From positions 1-64,000 of the IMG/VR virus record IMGVR_UViG_3300030333_007172: a stretch of 64,000 bases of DNA; one strand, written 5' to 3'. This DNA is from a virus. A model generated the notes under the pieces. It did not search any database, was not told the DNA's origin, and was given only the letters and a program-made list of their open reading frames with translations. Shown here one piece after another: positions 1 through 10,205 of the stretch; the first letter of the stretch is position 1, and each line of letters opens with the position of its first letter. Position numbers and translations under genes: made by a program.

Positions 1-3000
1 TCCATTTTTGCATAATCTTCATGTGCGGTGTTCTGCCACCAATGTGCTAAATCATCTTTTGTTACTTTATATTCGAATTCAAAAATATACATTGCGATGG
101 GATCTAGATTTGGATTAGACACAAAATCTAATTGCGGAGGCAATACATATCTTTCCATTTTCTGGGCCAATTTTCTTATGGACTCTCCGGCAGAATCTAA
201 AGAGTCGCTACTAACAATCTCATTATATCTTTCAATGCTAATAAACTTTTTTCTTTCTTTAAGATAAGTTTTGCTCAATGTTCTTTCAATGCTTGGCTCT
301 ATTGATTCAATAATGTAAGGCACAGCCACAACTGCTTCTCTAATTGTTTTTTCTTCTTGAATTTGTCCAAGTCTAGCCTGCTGAGATGTTTTATTAAATC
401 CAAACAAATCTGTTAAAGATTTTACATTTTGATACGCATATGCGCCCTCACCATCAGCGTTATATTTGTTGTAAGCGCTGTTGTTAATTAATACATCATA
501 ATGATATCTTAACCAGTTTTCTGGGACATCTCCAATTTCCATAAAGATGCCTTTATTGGGGCTCTCTGGTAAGTTGCCAAACTGATGCCACATGCCATTT
601 GGTGTACTTGTTGATGCAAATGTAGGTTGTGTTTTATTGTTATCATAATTAATCGGATTAACGCCCTCATCGTTAAAGTTCATCATAGGTGTTTCAAACT
701 TAGGTTGAATAATCCAACGAGAACCAGCCGTTGTTGACAACTGTTTATCTAATATGCCGTCTTTGTTTAGTTCAAATCCTTGAACTTCTTCAACGCCAAG
801 AAGATCTATACTCGCAGATATTTGCATAGCGTTGTGATTAATGTTGTGGCCACCATAAGGTGTGTAGACAGTTTCTACTGCGGGGTCATAAATTAATTTT
901 GATTGATACCCAGGATCACAACGACGATAAATTAACTCTGCTTCAGTTAAAATGTCATTAACAGATTTTGCAGTGCCGTCAGAAGTCCAAACAACGTCTA
1001 CCCAAGCTTCTCCGTTGGTGTAAGGAGGAGTATATATCCAATTGTAACCACTAAGTGAATCAAGTGGGTGATAATCTTGTTGAATTTCACCGTTGCTAGT
1101 GCCAGATTCCCCCGTAATGTTCCGTGGACCTAGAAAAGCTGGTCCAAAAGCAGAAGGGCGACTATACAGAGTAAATGTTTCTTTAAGATTTGTTTGTTGA
1201 CGCGGATCTTGAGGAAGTTCAAAACTGCCGCTTGTATCAAAAATAGAATCGTTAGTATTCCAAAGAGCGCCACCGATATCAGAATAACCATAGTTATTAC
1301 CGGCAGAACTAGATTCTTGAGAGTAAATTCTACCAGTGTTGAGTGATCTTTTAAGTTTAATTCTAGCAGCGTAAGTGCTTCCACTTGGTACAGTAATGTT
1401 GTCTGGCATTACTTGTGATTGTAACTTAGTAAATTGTTTTCCTTCAAGCCAAAAATCTGCCACCTGTCCAAAAAAGTTTTGCGCCATCATAGTATATAAT
1501 TCATCAGAGGAGCCACCAATTAATCCTGCTCGTACTCCTGGAAGAGATGCTGATGGGTGTGGTTCGATATCGGCAATTAAAACATTGTTCAAATACTTTT
1601 CAGGCTGTAATATTGTTTGGAAAGGTAGTCTTTGATCTGCTACTCCACCGATAGGAGGATAGCCAGACGATGACAGAGAGCTAGAAAGTATTCGAGTGCC
1701 AGGATAAATTCCGTAATTCTGAGTTGCTAGGTTTGGAGTATCCATGACTCCATCGACCTCGCCATAAATATTTTGGTATGAAATTTTATTGTGATCAGTG
1801 ATAATTGCGTAATCTACCGCCATTCCAGATTTAATTGAATTATACATAATTCCAGGAGAATAAAGCGCTTGGATAAGCGGCCTTATAATACCGCTCGATT
1901 GTTTGGCTGGAGGTATCAGGTTAAAAATTTCAGAGCCAGATTTTTCGATAGTGGTGCCTGAATTGTTGACAAAGGTGGCGTATAGCCTATCAAGATAGCT
2001 AGATTTAAACTGAGCAGCTAAATCCATGGTTCGTTGCGCAGGGAAAAAGCCTTTATACGGGTTAAATCTTTTAATTGCCGATACTTCAATCATAATCTCT
2101 TTTGCGGCTAATCTTGATTGATCTTTAATATTAAGAAAATCTTTTAAGAATTCAGAGTTGGTATATGTCTTATAAAATTCTGAATTGCTACTGTTCTGAG
2201 AAGTGCCTGGAATTTCAAACCAATTGGTCTTATTGCTTGTATTGTTTAAAAGATCCGAAACGTGTTCACTGATTCTATACTCAGGAACCACTACGTAGTC
2301 TTTTGCAACTTTCATCAATTCATATTTAAAATCATCATAGTTGTTAAACCATGGAGCAGTTGGTGTTCTTTCCCACTGAGTGGTCGTACCCGAAACAACT
2401 AATTTTCCTGCTAAAACATCACTTTGATAAGCTGCTTCTCCACCAAATAATTGTAATTGTTTTGCTGTGTTGAAAATATCTGAACTGGTTAAATTAATCA
2501 ACATACTAGACCGTGAAATACCGGAAGGTGCTACTGTAGAGGCCGGAGATGTTAAGCAATGTTTGCGGGCATAAAGTACGCCGGCCTTGAGTAACATAAT
2601 TTTGTTGCCGACACTAATACTGCCAGTTGCTGGCTGATTTGTGATATGAACGTATTGGTTCTGCAGTTCTCCTGAAGGATCTCTGCTAGCTAAGAAGTTC
2701 TGTTGGGCGTAGTTGCCGAGAGCCATCGCGTCGGTTAAGTCTATGGCACCAGTGCGACTAGTAAAATACAATCCGGCATCTGGACCCCATGCCGACTGAT
2801 CTAATTGAGAGAACCCAAAGGTGGTGTCTACTTCTTCTCCCAGTGTTATTCTATTTGCAATTGACGATCTCCAGAAATAATTTTCATATCCCACTCGCGA
2901 GCGCACATTATTATTAAATTCATTTTTTTCAGAAGGAAATATATTTTCAGTATAAAGAATCCAATTTGAAGCATAATTTCCATTATTTGTAACAATATCA

Positions 3001-6000
3001 TTAATTTGATCAAATGGGCTGTGTAAGCTTTCGCGAGAAATGCCAACAAAATCATTGAATATTTGTTCATTAAAGATAATTTTCTCATTATTTGCTGTTG
3101 CTTTGATCGTATTATTAATTTTATCTATAGTGTTATTAAAATTAAAAATGCCGGGTCGACCTCTCATGGACACTGGATGCAAACTAAAGTTTGCAATATC
3201 TGATATAGCTCCAGTGACTACCGAGATGTAGTTGTTTTTTATCTCATGGCGCATAGTAGCATTGTCTGCTGCTCTTGTTTGTTTCCAAGTTGGCCAGCCA
3301 TATGGTCCATTTCTATGAAGAATTAACGCATTAAATATTCCAGCGGAGGCTTTCCCATCCGTATTATAAGGAGCGGCACGAGATGATATAATATCGCGAT
3401 TAGTGTATTGAAGTTCGCTAGCGCCGTGCTTATACAAAGGGGTGATAGAAGCACTATAGCCAGTAGTATTTTGAGACGCACGACCAGCGCTGGCTGATGT
3501 TCCAATTGGTTCATAAATATGAAAATTAATTCCTGCAAAATCTGTAAACACGTGTTGTGTGCGGGCGGCGGCATCAATAGGTTTACCGGCTCCGAATTTG
3601 CGCGCGCCAGATTGCACGAAAGAAACTGCATCACTAGCAGATACAAACGTCACAGGATCTACATAATCACTGCCTCGTCGTACTAAATAATTGGGTGGAA
3701 AATATCCGAAATGATTATTAACAGTATCAACAGAACAAGTAATCCATGAATAATTTAAATCAGAAACAGGAATCGTATGTTGAACGTAAGAGTTGTCATA
3801 TTTACTTCCGCTTTGAATTGAGCCGTTAGATGTTATTTCTAACGACCTAAGACGATTTCGTGGAATTTTAAACATTGCTGGTTTTTGTTCATACGAGGCG
3901 CCGGGTCCATCACTAGTTGCGCTTGTTCCTGTGACTATTACACTATCGCGGCCAAAACGTCCAGAATGCCGTGTTAAGTGTTGTCGTAAACCAACTGGTC
4001 TATCGTGAATATCGCTAACAATATACCCAAATCCAGCAACTTCAGTTTGTTGATTAGAATCATTAGAGAATCCGGCTTCTAAAACCGGCAAGTTTCTATA
4101 ATTGTTTGTGCTATAAATTGCAAACTCGGACGAACGAAAGTCTTGAAACCCTCGTTGCATTGTTTCAGGACCGCCAGGCGCATTAAATCGAGAAGTTATA
4201 ACTGACTTATTAAAAGTTCCACTACCCACCGTGTAATCTACTGGAATATCCACGTGGTTTTGACCAGCGTCGGAGGTAATCGCAGCTGCATTTTCAAAAC
4301 GAGTTATATAACTACTAGCTACGGTTGCTCCAGACAAAATATTAGGACGAGAAGTGATGGCAAGTGGATATTCTGGTTGATTCTCAATAAAACTGCGTGG
4401 GTTAGAGTAAGCTCCAACAGTGCTTACCACTTCATAGTTGTGTGCGTAATTGCCAAGAATTGTTGAACCAGTAGTAGTCAATATATTTCGAATGTTGACA
4501 GGTCGTTTGGCTGTCTCTTCACGATAATAAACTGCTCTAGGCACGTTATAATTCATAACGCGAGGATCTTTACCACTCGACATGCCTCCGACTGTTATAT
4601 TTTCGCCGCTTTTGACAATTGTAGAATTACCTAAAGTGCCTCTTGCATTTCTATTTTTAGATGTAGCTGTTCCATATTTAGTATTTGTAAGGGTTATAAC
4701 ATTATCACTTCTGGATGTGTTGATGTTAAAATTAGGAGTATTAATAATTGCATTTTGTAGATTAAGTGCAGATGCATTAGCAGATGCGCCAAGAGTCCAA
4801 GATGTTCCAGAACTTACACCAGACGCAGTTACCACGTTGGTCGTAAAAGACATTGCTGGGCTTGATACATCTCCTGGATTTCCATTGACACGCCCTGTTT
4901 GATCGACAATTGAATTTGTTCCTAATTCATAAGTTCCACTTCCGTCAATAGCGTCATTGGCATCATCACCCATTCGATACCATGCATAAAGATTTGATGA
5001 ATCAGAAACATACTTGGAGTGTTTAAATAGATTAGACACGGCGCCGCTCGCATACAGCTCGCTTACTTCGTTAGCGCTCATGCTTACTTGCCAAATAGAA
5101 ACTTCGTCGATGGCGCCACTGACGGCGACATTTCCATTTTCGCCTCCAATAACAGTCATTACGCGATCAGAATTAGCGGTTAATTCTCCATCTACTTTTC
5201 GTTTTAAGTTTAATCTTGAGCCTGCAGCAGTTGGAGGAGCCGTGCTAACGGAAGAATCTTTTAGTACTCCATCCACAAAAAATTTGGGACTCATGCTACC
5301 GGTTAAAGTCGCATCATAAGTTACGGCAATATGGTGCCAAACACCATCTGTAATTACTGCATCGTCAGTTCGAAAGTCTACATTTACAATTCCTCCACCA
5401 TCAGCATTATACCATTGTTGATAGAGGGTTAATTTATTATCGCTTCTATAGCCAACTGCCATAGTGCTAGAAGCGTCTCCTCCGGCCTGAAATATATACC
5501 CAGTGCCGGTTGTGCGGTCGGCTCGGAGCCATGCACTAATCGTACCTTTCTCAATATAGAAGTAATCTAAGGGGTGGCTAGCCGGTAATCCATAACTTGC
5601 TGACATATCTCCGGAGATTGCGATCCAACTATCTGCCTTGTCTTGAAACAAGACTGCTTTTTCATTATCAAACGGTACTTCATATTTAACAGAAGTGTCT
5701 CCATCACTAATTGTTACAAAATCGCCAGCACTTACATTTCCTTCGGCAATTGTAACAATACCAGTGGAAGGACTTGGATCTCTTCCAAGGGCCTCAATAG
5801 GATAATCTGGTCCGACCATGCCGATTGCACCGTTGTTCGTGCCAGCCTTACATTCGCCAAGAAGTAATTTCCATGCTTCTGGCCGAGTCTGCCAAGTATC
5901 TGAGCCGCTGTTAATCGCAATATGTCGGGACTGATGTCCTCCAACTGCATAATTTGTAAAAGGTCCTTGCATTGGGACCTCCATATCAGGACCGTATACA

Positions 6001-9000
6001 TCGTTATGAATATTTGTAACTTGCACATTACCACTAAGTCCAGTCACAATCTGTTTATTATACCCAGACTCTACCGCCCCACTTACAATATTAAATGGGA
6101 AAGCTTGAACAGAGTCAGTATTAGTATACGCAAACCCATCATCCCCGTATCCACGACCAAATTGAACTCTAATGTTTCTTTGTATGTTCTTCTTCAGTTC
6201 AACATCATCAAGAAAATCAGTTATTTTAACCAAATCGCTTTCTAAGGCCAGGAGTACATTTAAAGGAACATAGCGATTTTCAGTGTCACTAATCGGACTA
6301 AATGGGTACAATGAGTTATAAGTAAAACTAATATTTTTATTATTATTAAAGTTTACACCGCCTTTAATCACACCAAACATTTTTCGCAAAGGCTCTACTT
6401 TAAAATTGTATTCTCTCTGAAAGTTTCTATAACCATAAAAATTTCTTTTATATGTAGAGTTATTGACGGTATTTTTAAAATTTGGAGCAGTAGTGTTTAA
6501 GCGGGGAGACGTGTTAATAACATCTCGAAATCTGTTACGCTGAATATCAATTTCGGCATCCCCAGAAGTAATTTCAACAGATCTTCGATCAGCTACTTCG
6601 CGCCAAAATGTTTCATGCTCATTAGTAGGTCGAGGCGAGCGAGGAAGAGTTGTTGAAAAAGTTTCATATGAAAGCCCTAACTGTCCAATACCTGTTATAG
6701 TTCCGTCTATATCAGTTCGAGCGTCTTCAAGTGTAGGATATTTAGTTTGATATTTGTTTCTTTCTAACACATGACTTTCAACAATATCATATGTGTTAGG
6801 GACCAAATCACCTGATGCTGGAATTAACTGGCTAATTACGCTAGCTATTGTACTATCGAACCATTTATAATAAGAAATAAATTTTTCTACTTCTGCCACA
6901 TCGGTGACTCTTCTAAAAAATGAATCTCTTAAGTGCTCAATTTCTTTATAGCGCTCCCTATATCTATTGACTGGGGCGCCAATAAGATTGTTAAAATCTA
7001 CTACCCCAGCGAAGAAGTTTAACATTTCTTCTGAAATTGCCCGATACATACTTTTTTCAATCGTATACACATAACTTGGCACCGTTTCTACGATCCCAAA
7101 AACTTGATCATCTTCTGATAACACTTTTACTGCATCGGATGAAATAACTCTTTCAGGCTCGATAAATTTAAATGTATTTATATCTCTTTTTACTGTTATA
7201 TCGGAAGAAGATGTTACAAATGCATACCCATAGCCAGTATGTTGATATCCGGATGTTTTTCCAAACCATCCAAAAGAATTTCGATCAAGCACAGAACCTG
7301 AGCTGTAATCAGTAACAATAAAATTACCAGTTCCATCAGAGCTGCTTAAGTTTGTAAACTCCCAATTTAAAGCCAGCGTATCTTTATTTAAAATATCTAC
7401 TGAATCGTTAGGATCTAAAGGTGAAACGTTTTTATACGAACCTGAAATGCCGTAATTATCGAGATCATATGCGTGCTCTTCTAGTGAAGTATTGTCAAGA
7501 CTTTTCATCCAATATCTTAGTGACGACGGCCAAACATCAGAATAATCTATCAAGGCGCCTGTTAAGTTTGTTCTAGCAGCGCCTAAATAAAGTCTTTTAG
7601 CCTCTGTTAAAAATCGACTTCCAGTTACGTGATCAATAGTGCCGGTAACTGAAAATTTGTTTTCTGATAATCCCGCATTTACGTTATATCCTTCAAATAT
7701 GACATTATAATCATAAGCTGCTGACGAACTTACAAAAGGTCCATACTTGCTAATTGCCGGCTCGACACGCACAGAGAGATTCCACTGACTATTGTCGTAA
7801 ACGTTTACAAAAATACTACTTGTTAGTTCTGGGAGTGGATATGGAGAGTTCGAGCAAGAAAGTTTAAAGTATGCATTTCTGGACGCATTTGTGCTTTTTA
7901 TAGCGTACACTTGAAAATTAGCGTAATCGTCATCAACCCATGTAGTGTCTACTCCGCTTAAAGAATTTGCGCTAGATGTATTAACACTGTGCATTCCAAA
8001 CAAAGATACTCTGGTATATTTTCTATCGAAATAATCATAGTCATAGAAAAAACGGGGAAACACAATATCGGCCTCTACTGTTATACCGTATTGACTTTCG
8101 TTTGTACCACCAGTAGTAGATGATCCTGAATTATGCGAGCCCGATATATATCCACGTGAGTTGTTGTTAGTTGTATCAACTCTTTGGTATACAACTCCTT
8201 CTCTATTAATTGTTTTATCTAAATTAAGTAACTTTCTTTTTTCTAAAACTTGTTCATAATTGTTGGCTAATTCAAAAGTTTGATTATTAGAATAAGTATT
8301 TATTTTTACTAACGACTCATCAACATTAAAACATCTAAAAACATTTCTAATTGCCTTAAACGTTCCTTTTGATTTGTAAATGTTAGTTAAATTATTGTAG
8401 ATATTAACATATATTGAATTTCTAATATCATTAACGTCTTCTTCAAATAGTTGACTATCATTTCTATTTAAAAACAGCTCCATTACATCAGCATCTACAA
8501 AAGCACTAGGCATGTAGAGCCCTAATGATTGAGGCAGATGGCGCGCAAACGGAATTGGAGTTTCGGATCCACTTGGATAGTATGTGCCTTTTACTTTTGG
8601 AAGAAAAGTGCTTAAAGAAAATACTCTGTCAAAATACGATCCCATAATGTGAGATATAATTTTAAGATTGTCGTTTCCTATATCTTCGTGTTCTTCTATT
8701 ATCCAAGCAGGATTATAGTTCATAAATGCTGTGTTATTTGTAGAGTCGTGTACAGAGCCACTATATTCTAACGAAGTTTTAAGTGCAGCAACAGTTGGAT
8801 GTGAGGAATATACAATTGGGTCTTTGTATTCTTTAATCGCGGCGCCAGCTTCTAAAATTGCAGAACCAGTGGCGCGCGAAAGTGCTCCGTATCCTGTCCA
8901 CTCTCCGTTTGCTATACGTCCGCCATAATCTAAAACAGTGCTATCGGTGGCCGTAACGCCCGTTATACCCTCATTAAATTTGTAATAGATACCTAATGTC

Positions 9001-10205
9001 GTATTTGAAATATCAGTGTTAACGCCGCCTCTAACTTGATCAAACCAATACCGCCCAATATCTTGTCCACTTCTAGCGACTTTCCAAAAACGAAACTCAT
9101 CTATCGAAGCACTAAGTTTTCCAGCACCATTATAGTCATTTAGACCGGCGTAGTTAGTTGCCCCAGAGGGTGCAGTTAAAAGCGAACCAATCCGTCCTAT
9201 GGTTTCAGACTGTTGCAACTCTCCTAATGTTACGTTGTATTCAATATTTGTATCATTTAATATACCATTAAAATAAAACTTAGATACAAAATCACTGCCT
9301 GTATTATACAATACAAATGCGAAATGATTCCAATTTTGCAATGTTCCACTGGCAAAGGTAGCTGCCTGTCCTATAGTAGAACCACTAAGTCCTGTGGTTC
9401 CTGATAATGCAGTAAGCCTAAAGGGACTTCCGGAAACGTCAGCGCCGCCAGACAATTCAATTCTTAAGCGACCGTAATCAGCCGAAGAGCTTAAAGCGCC
9501 ACTTACCCACATATCAAACACTACTTCTTTTGTGCTTTTAGTCTCAGCAAAGTGTTCTTTTTTAAGCCAGAATTCTACCGTTACACCGGTGTCAAAATTA
9601 GATTTAAGGTTAGACTCTCGGGTACCTTTTCCGTAGTCGCTTTCAAGCCCTGCGGTGGTGTAAATGTCTGTATCATATACGTTTGAGTATTGAAATTTAC
9701 TAGAATAATCTTCCGGAACCATTGTAGTCAAGTTGGTAGTGTTTCCACCTATTCCTGGCCCACCTTTAAATGTAATGTACTCTTTTTCGTCAGGAGTTCC
9801 GTATCCTTGCATTTCATACAAGTCAGTTCCGGCGGCTACGTCTCCCCAACCAGTAACTGCTAGATTGATGTATCCGTGGGTTCGCGGGTATAAATTGTCA
9901 AAAACATATTTTTCAACATCCAATAATTCATTGTAAAATTTGTTTATTTCTGCGTCAGAACCATCATAAGGATAATATCCAGATATTCTTTCCATTGCTC
10001 CTTTATAATAATAATAAGCAGATCCGTAACGTGCAAAATTAACTGGATTGCTATAATCTAACGGAGGAACGAACGTATCTTGTTTAATCTTGAGTTGTTC
10101 AAGATTTTGCTCAGATTCTACGTCTTTAAATGCATCTTTTTGATTAGTTTCAGATAGAAGGTTTATGTTATCTTCATTCGTCTCAAAAAGGTCCTTAATA
10201 CTCAT
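1..10205 (-). CDS. Giant (>3,400 aa, 3'-truncated) virion/baseplate protein with two LamG (concanavalin A-like) domains
   Basis: ATG at 10205 overlaps the end of the upstream gene (MSIKDLFETNED...). The same frame is still open at the left edge (...DDLAHWWQNTAHEDYAKME). Its absence from the ORF track fits having no stop in the window. LamG motifs: VTVEFWLKK/NWNHFAFV/IDEFRFWK (~9590-9080) and GTISAWLR/DGVWHHIAVTYD/IDEVSIW (~5550-5090). Baseplate gpI/gp7-like NIYKSKGTFKAIR at ~8380. Confidence 0.88.
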   Translation of the reverse strand, partial: MSIKDLFETNEDNINLLSETNQKDAFKDVESEQNLEQLKIKQDTFVPPLDYSNPVNFARYGSAYYYYKGAMERISGYYPYDGSDAEINKFYNELLDVEKYVFDNLYPRTHGYINLAVTGWGDVAAGTDLYEMQGYGTPDEKEYITFKGGPGIGGNTTNLTTMVPEDYSSKFQYSNVYDTDIYTTAGLESDYGKGTRESNLKSNFDTGVTVEFWLKKEHFAETKSTKEVVFDMWVSGALSSSADYGRLRIELSGGADVSGSPFRLTALSGTTGLSGSTIGQAATFASGTLQNWNHFAFVLYNTGSDFVSKFYFNGILNDTNIEYNVTLGELQQSETIGRIGSLLTAPSGATNYAGLNDYNGAGKLSASIDEFRFWKVARSGQDIGRYWFDQVRGGVNTDISNTTLGIYYKFNEGITGVTATDSTVLDYGGRIANGEWTGYGALSRATGSAILEAGAAIKEYKDPIVYSSHPTVAALKTSLEYSGSVHDSTNNTAFMNYNPAWIIEEHEDIGNDNLKIISHIMGSYFDRVFSLSTFLPKVKGTYYPSGSETPIPFARHLPQSLGLYMPSAFVDADVMELFLNRNDSQLFEEDVNDIRNSIYVNIYNNLTNIYKSKGTFKAIRNVFRCFNVDESLVKINTYSNNQTFELANNYEQVLEKRKLLNLDKTINREGVVYQRVDTTNNNSRGYISGSHNSGSSTTGGTNESQYGITVEADIVFPRFFYDYDYFDRKYTRVSLFGMHSVNTSSANSLSGVDTTWVDDDYANFQVYAIKSTNASRNAYFKLSCSNSPYPLPELTSSIFVNVYDNSQWNLSVRVEPAISKYGPFVSSSAAYDYNVIFEGYNVNAGLSENKFSVTGTIDHVTGSRFLTEAKRLYLGAARTNLTGALIDYSDVWPSSLRYWMKSLDNTSLEEHAYDLDNYGISGSYKNVSPLDPNDSVDILNKDTLALNWEFTNLSSSDGTGNFIVTDYSSGSVLDRNSFGWFGKTSGYQHTGYGYAFVTSSSDITVKRDINTFKFIEPERVISSDAVKVLSEDDQVFGIVETVPSYVYTIEKSMYRAISEEMLNFFAGVVDFNNLIGAPVNRYRERYKEIEHLRDSFFRRVTDVAEVEKFISYYKWFDSTIASVISQLIPASGDLVPNTYDIVESHVLERNKYQTKYPTLEDARTDIDGTITGIGQLGLSYETFSTTLPRSPRPTNEHETFWREVADRRSVEITSGDAEIDIQRNRFRDVINTSPRLNTTAPNFKNTVNNSTYKRNFYGYRNFQREYNFKVEPLRKMFGVIKGGVNFNNNKNISFTYNSLYPFSPISDTENRYVPLNVLLALESDLVKITDFLDDVELKKNIQRNIRVQFGRGYGDDGFAYTNTDSVQAFPFNIVSGAVESGYNKQIVTGLSGNVQVTNIHNDVYGPDMEVPMQGPFTNYAVGGHQSRHIAINSGSDTWQTRPEAWKLLLGECKAGTNNGAIGMVGPDYPIEALGRDPSPSTGIVTIAEGNVSAGDFVTISDGDTSVKYEVPFDNEKAVLFQDKADSWIAISGDMSASYGLPASHPLDYFYIEKGTISAWLRADRTTGTGYIFQAGGDASSTMAVGYRSDNKLTLYQQWYNADGGGIVNVDFRTDDAVITDGVWHHIAVTYDATLTGSMSPKFFVDGVLKDSSVSTAPPTAAGSRLNLKRKVDGELTANSDRVMTVIGGENGNVAVSGAIDEVSIWQVSMSANEVSELYASGAVSNLFKHSKYVSDSSNLYAWYRMGDDANDAIDGSGTYELGTNSIVDQTGRVNGNPGDVSSPAMSFTTNVVTASGVSSGTSWTLGASANASALNLQNAIINTPNFNINTSRSDNVITLTNTKYGTATSKNRNARGTLGNSTIVKSGENITVGGMSSGKDPRVMNYNVPRAVYYREETAKRPVNIRNILTTTGSTILGNYAHNYEVVSTVGAYSNPRSFIENQPEYPLAITSRPNILSGATVASSYITRFENAAAITSDAGQNHVDIPVDYTVGSGTFNKSVITSRFNAPGGPETMQRGFQDFRSSEFAIYSTNNYRNLPVLEAGFSNDSNQQTEVAGFGYIVSDIHDRPVGLRQHLTRHSGRFGRDSVIVTGTSATSDGPGASYEQKPAMFKIPRNRLRSLEITSNGSIQSGSKYDNSYVQHTIPVSDLNYSWITCSVDTVNNHFGYFPPNYLVRRGSDYVDPVTFVSASDAVSFVQSGARKFGAGKPIDAAARTQHVFTDFAGINFHIYEPIGTSASAGRASQNTTGYSASITPLYKHGASELQYTNRDIISSRAAPYNTDGKASAGIFNALILHRNGPYGWPTWKQTRAADNATMRHEIKNNYISVVTGAISDIANFSLHPVSMRGRPGIFNFNNTIDKINNTIKATANNEKIIFNEQIFNDFVGISRESLHSPFDQINDIVTNNGNYASNWILYTENIFPSEKNEFNNNVRSRVGYENYFWRSSIANRITLGEEVDTTFGFSQLDQSAWGPDAGLYFTSRTGAIDLTDAMALGNYAQQNFLASRDPSGELQNQYVHITNQPATGSISVGNKIMLLKAGVLYARKHCLTSPASTVAPSGISRSSMLINLTSSDIFNTAKQLQLFGGEAAYQSDVLAGKLVVSGTTTQWERTPTAPWFNNYDDFKYELMKVAKDYVVVPEYRISEHVSDLLNNTSNKTNWFEIPGTSQNSSNSEFYKTYTNSEFLKDFLNIKDQSRLAAKEIMIEVSAIKRFNPYKGFFPAQRTMDLAAQFKSSYLDRLYATFVNNSGTTIEKSGSEIFNLIPPAKQSSGIIRPLIQALYSPGIMYNSIKSGMAVDYAIITDHNKISYQNIYGEVDGVMDTPNLATQNYGIYPGTRILSSSLSSSGYPPIGGVADQRLPFQTILQPEKYLNNVLIADIEPHPSASLPGVRAGLIGGSSDELYTMMAQNFFGQVADFWLEGKQFTKLQSQVMPDNITVPSGSTYAARIKLKRSLNTGRIYSQESSSAGNNYGYSDIGGALWNTNDSIFDTSGSFELPQDPRQQTNLKETFTLYSRPSAFGPAFLGPRNITGESGTSNGEIQQDYHPLDSLSGYNWIYTPPYTNGEAWVDVVWTSDGTAKSVNDILTEAELIYRRCDPGYQSKLIYDPAVETVYTPYGGHNINHNAMQISASIDLLGVEEVQGFELNKDGILDKQLSTTAGSRWIIQPKFETPMMNFNDEGVNPINYDNNKTQPTFASTSTPNGMWHQFGNLPESPNKGIFMEIGDVPENWLRYHYDVLINNSAYNKYNADGEGAYAYQNVKSLTDLFGFNKTSQQARLGQIQEEKTIREAVVAVPYIIESIEPSIERTLSKTYLKERKKFISIERYNEIVSSDSLDSAGESIRKLAQKMERYVLPPQLDFVSNPNLDPIAMYIFEFEYKVTKDDLAHWWQNTAHEDYAKM

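Noticed and set aside
1-10194. Apparent low coding density suggesting stop-codon reassignment or a pseudogene field
   Set aside because: Explained by one long standard-code ORF running off the window. Elsewhere TAA, TAG and TGA all end genes normally, and no suppressor tRNA is present.
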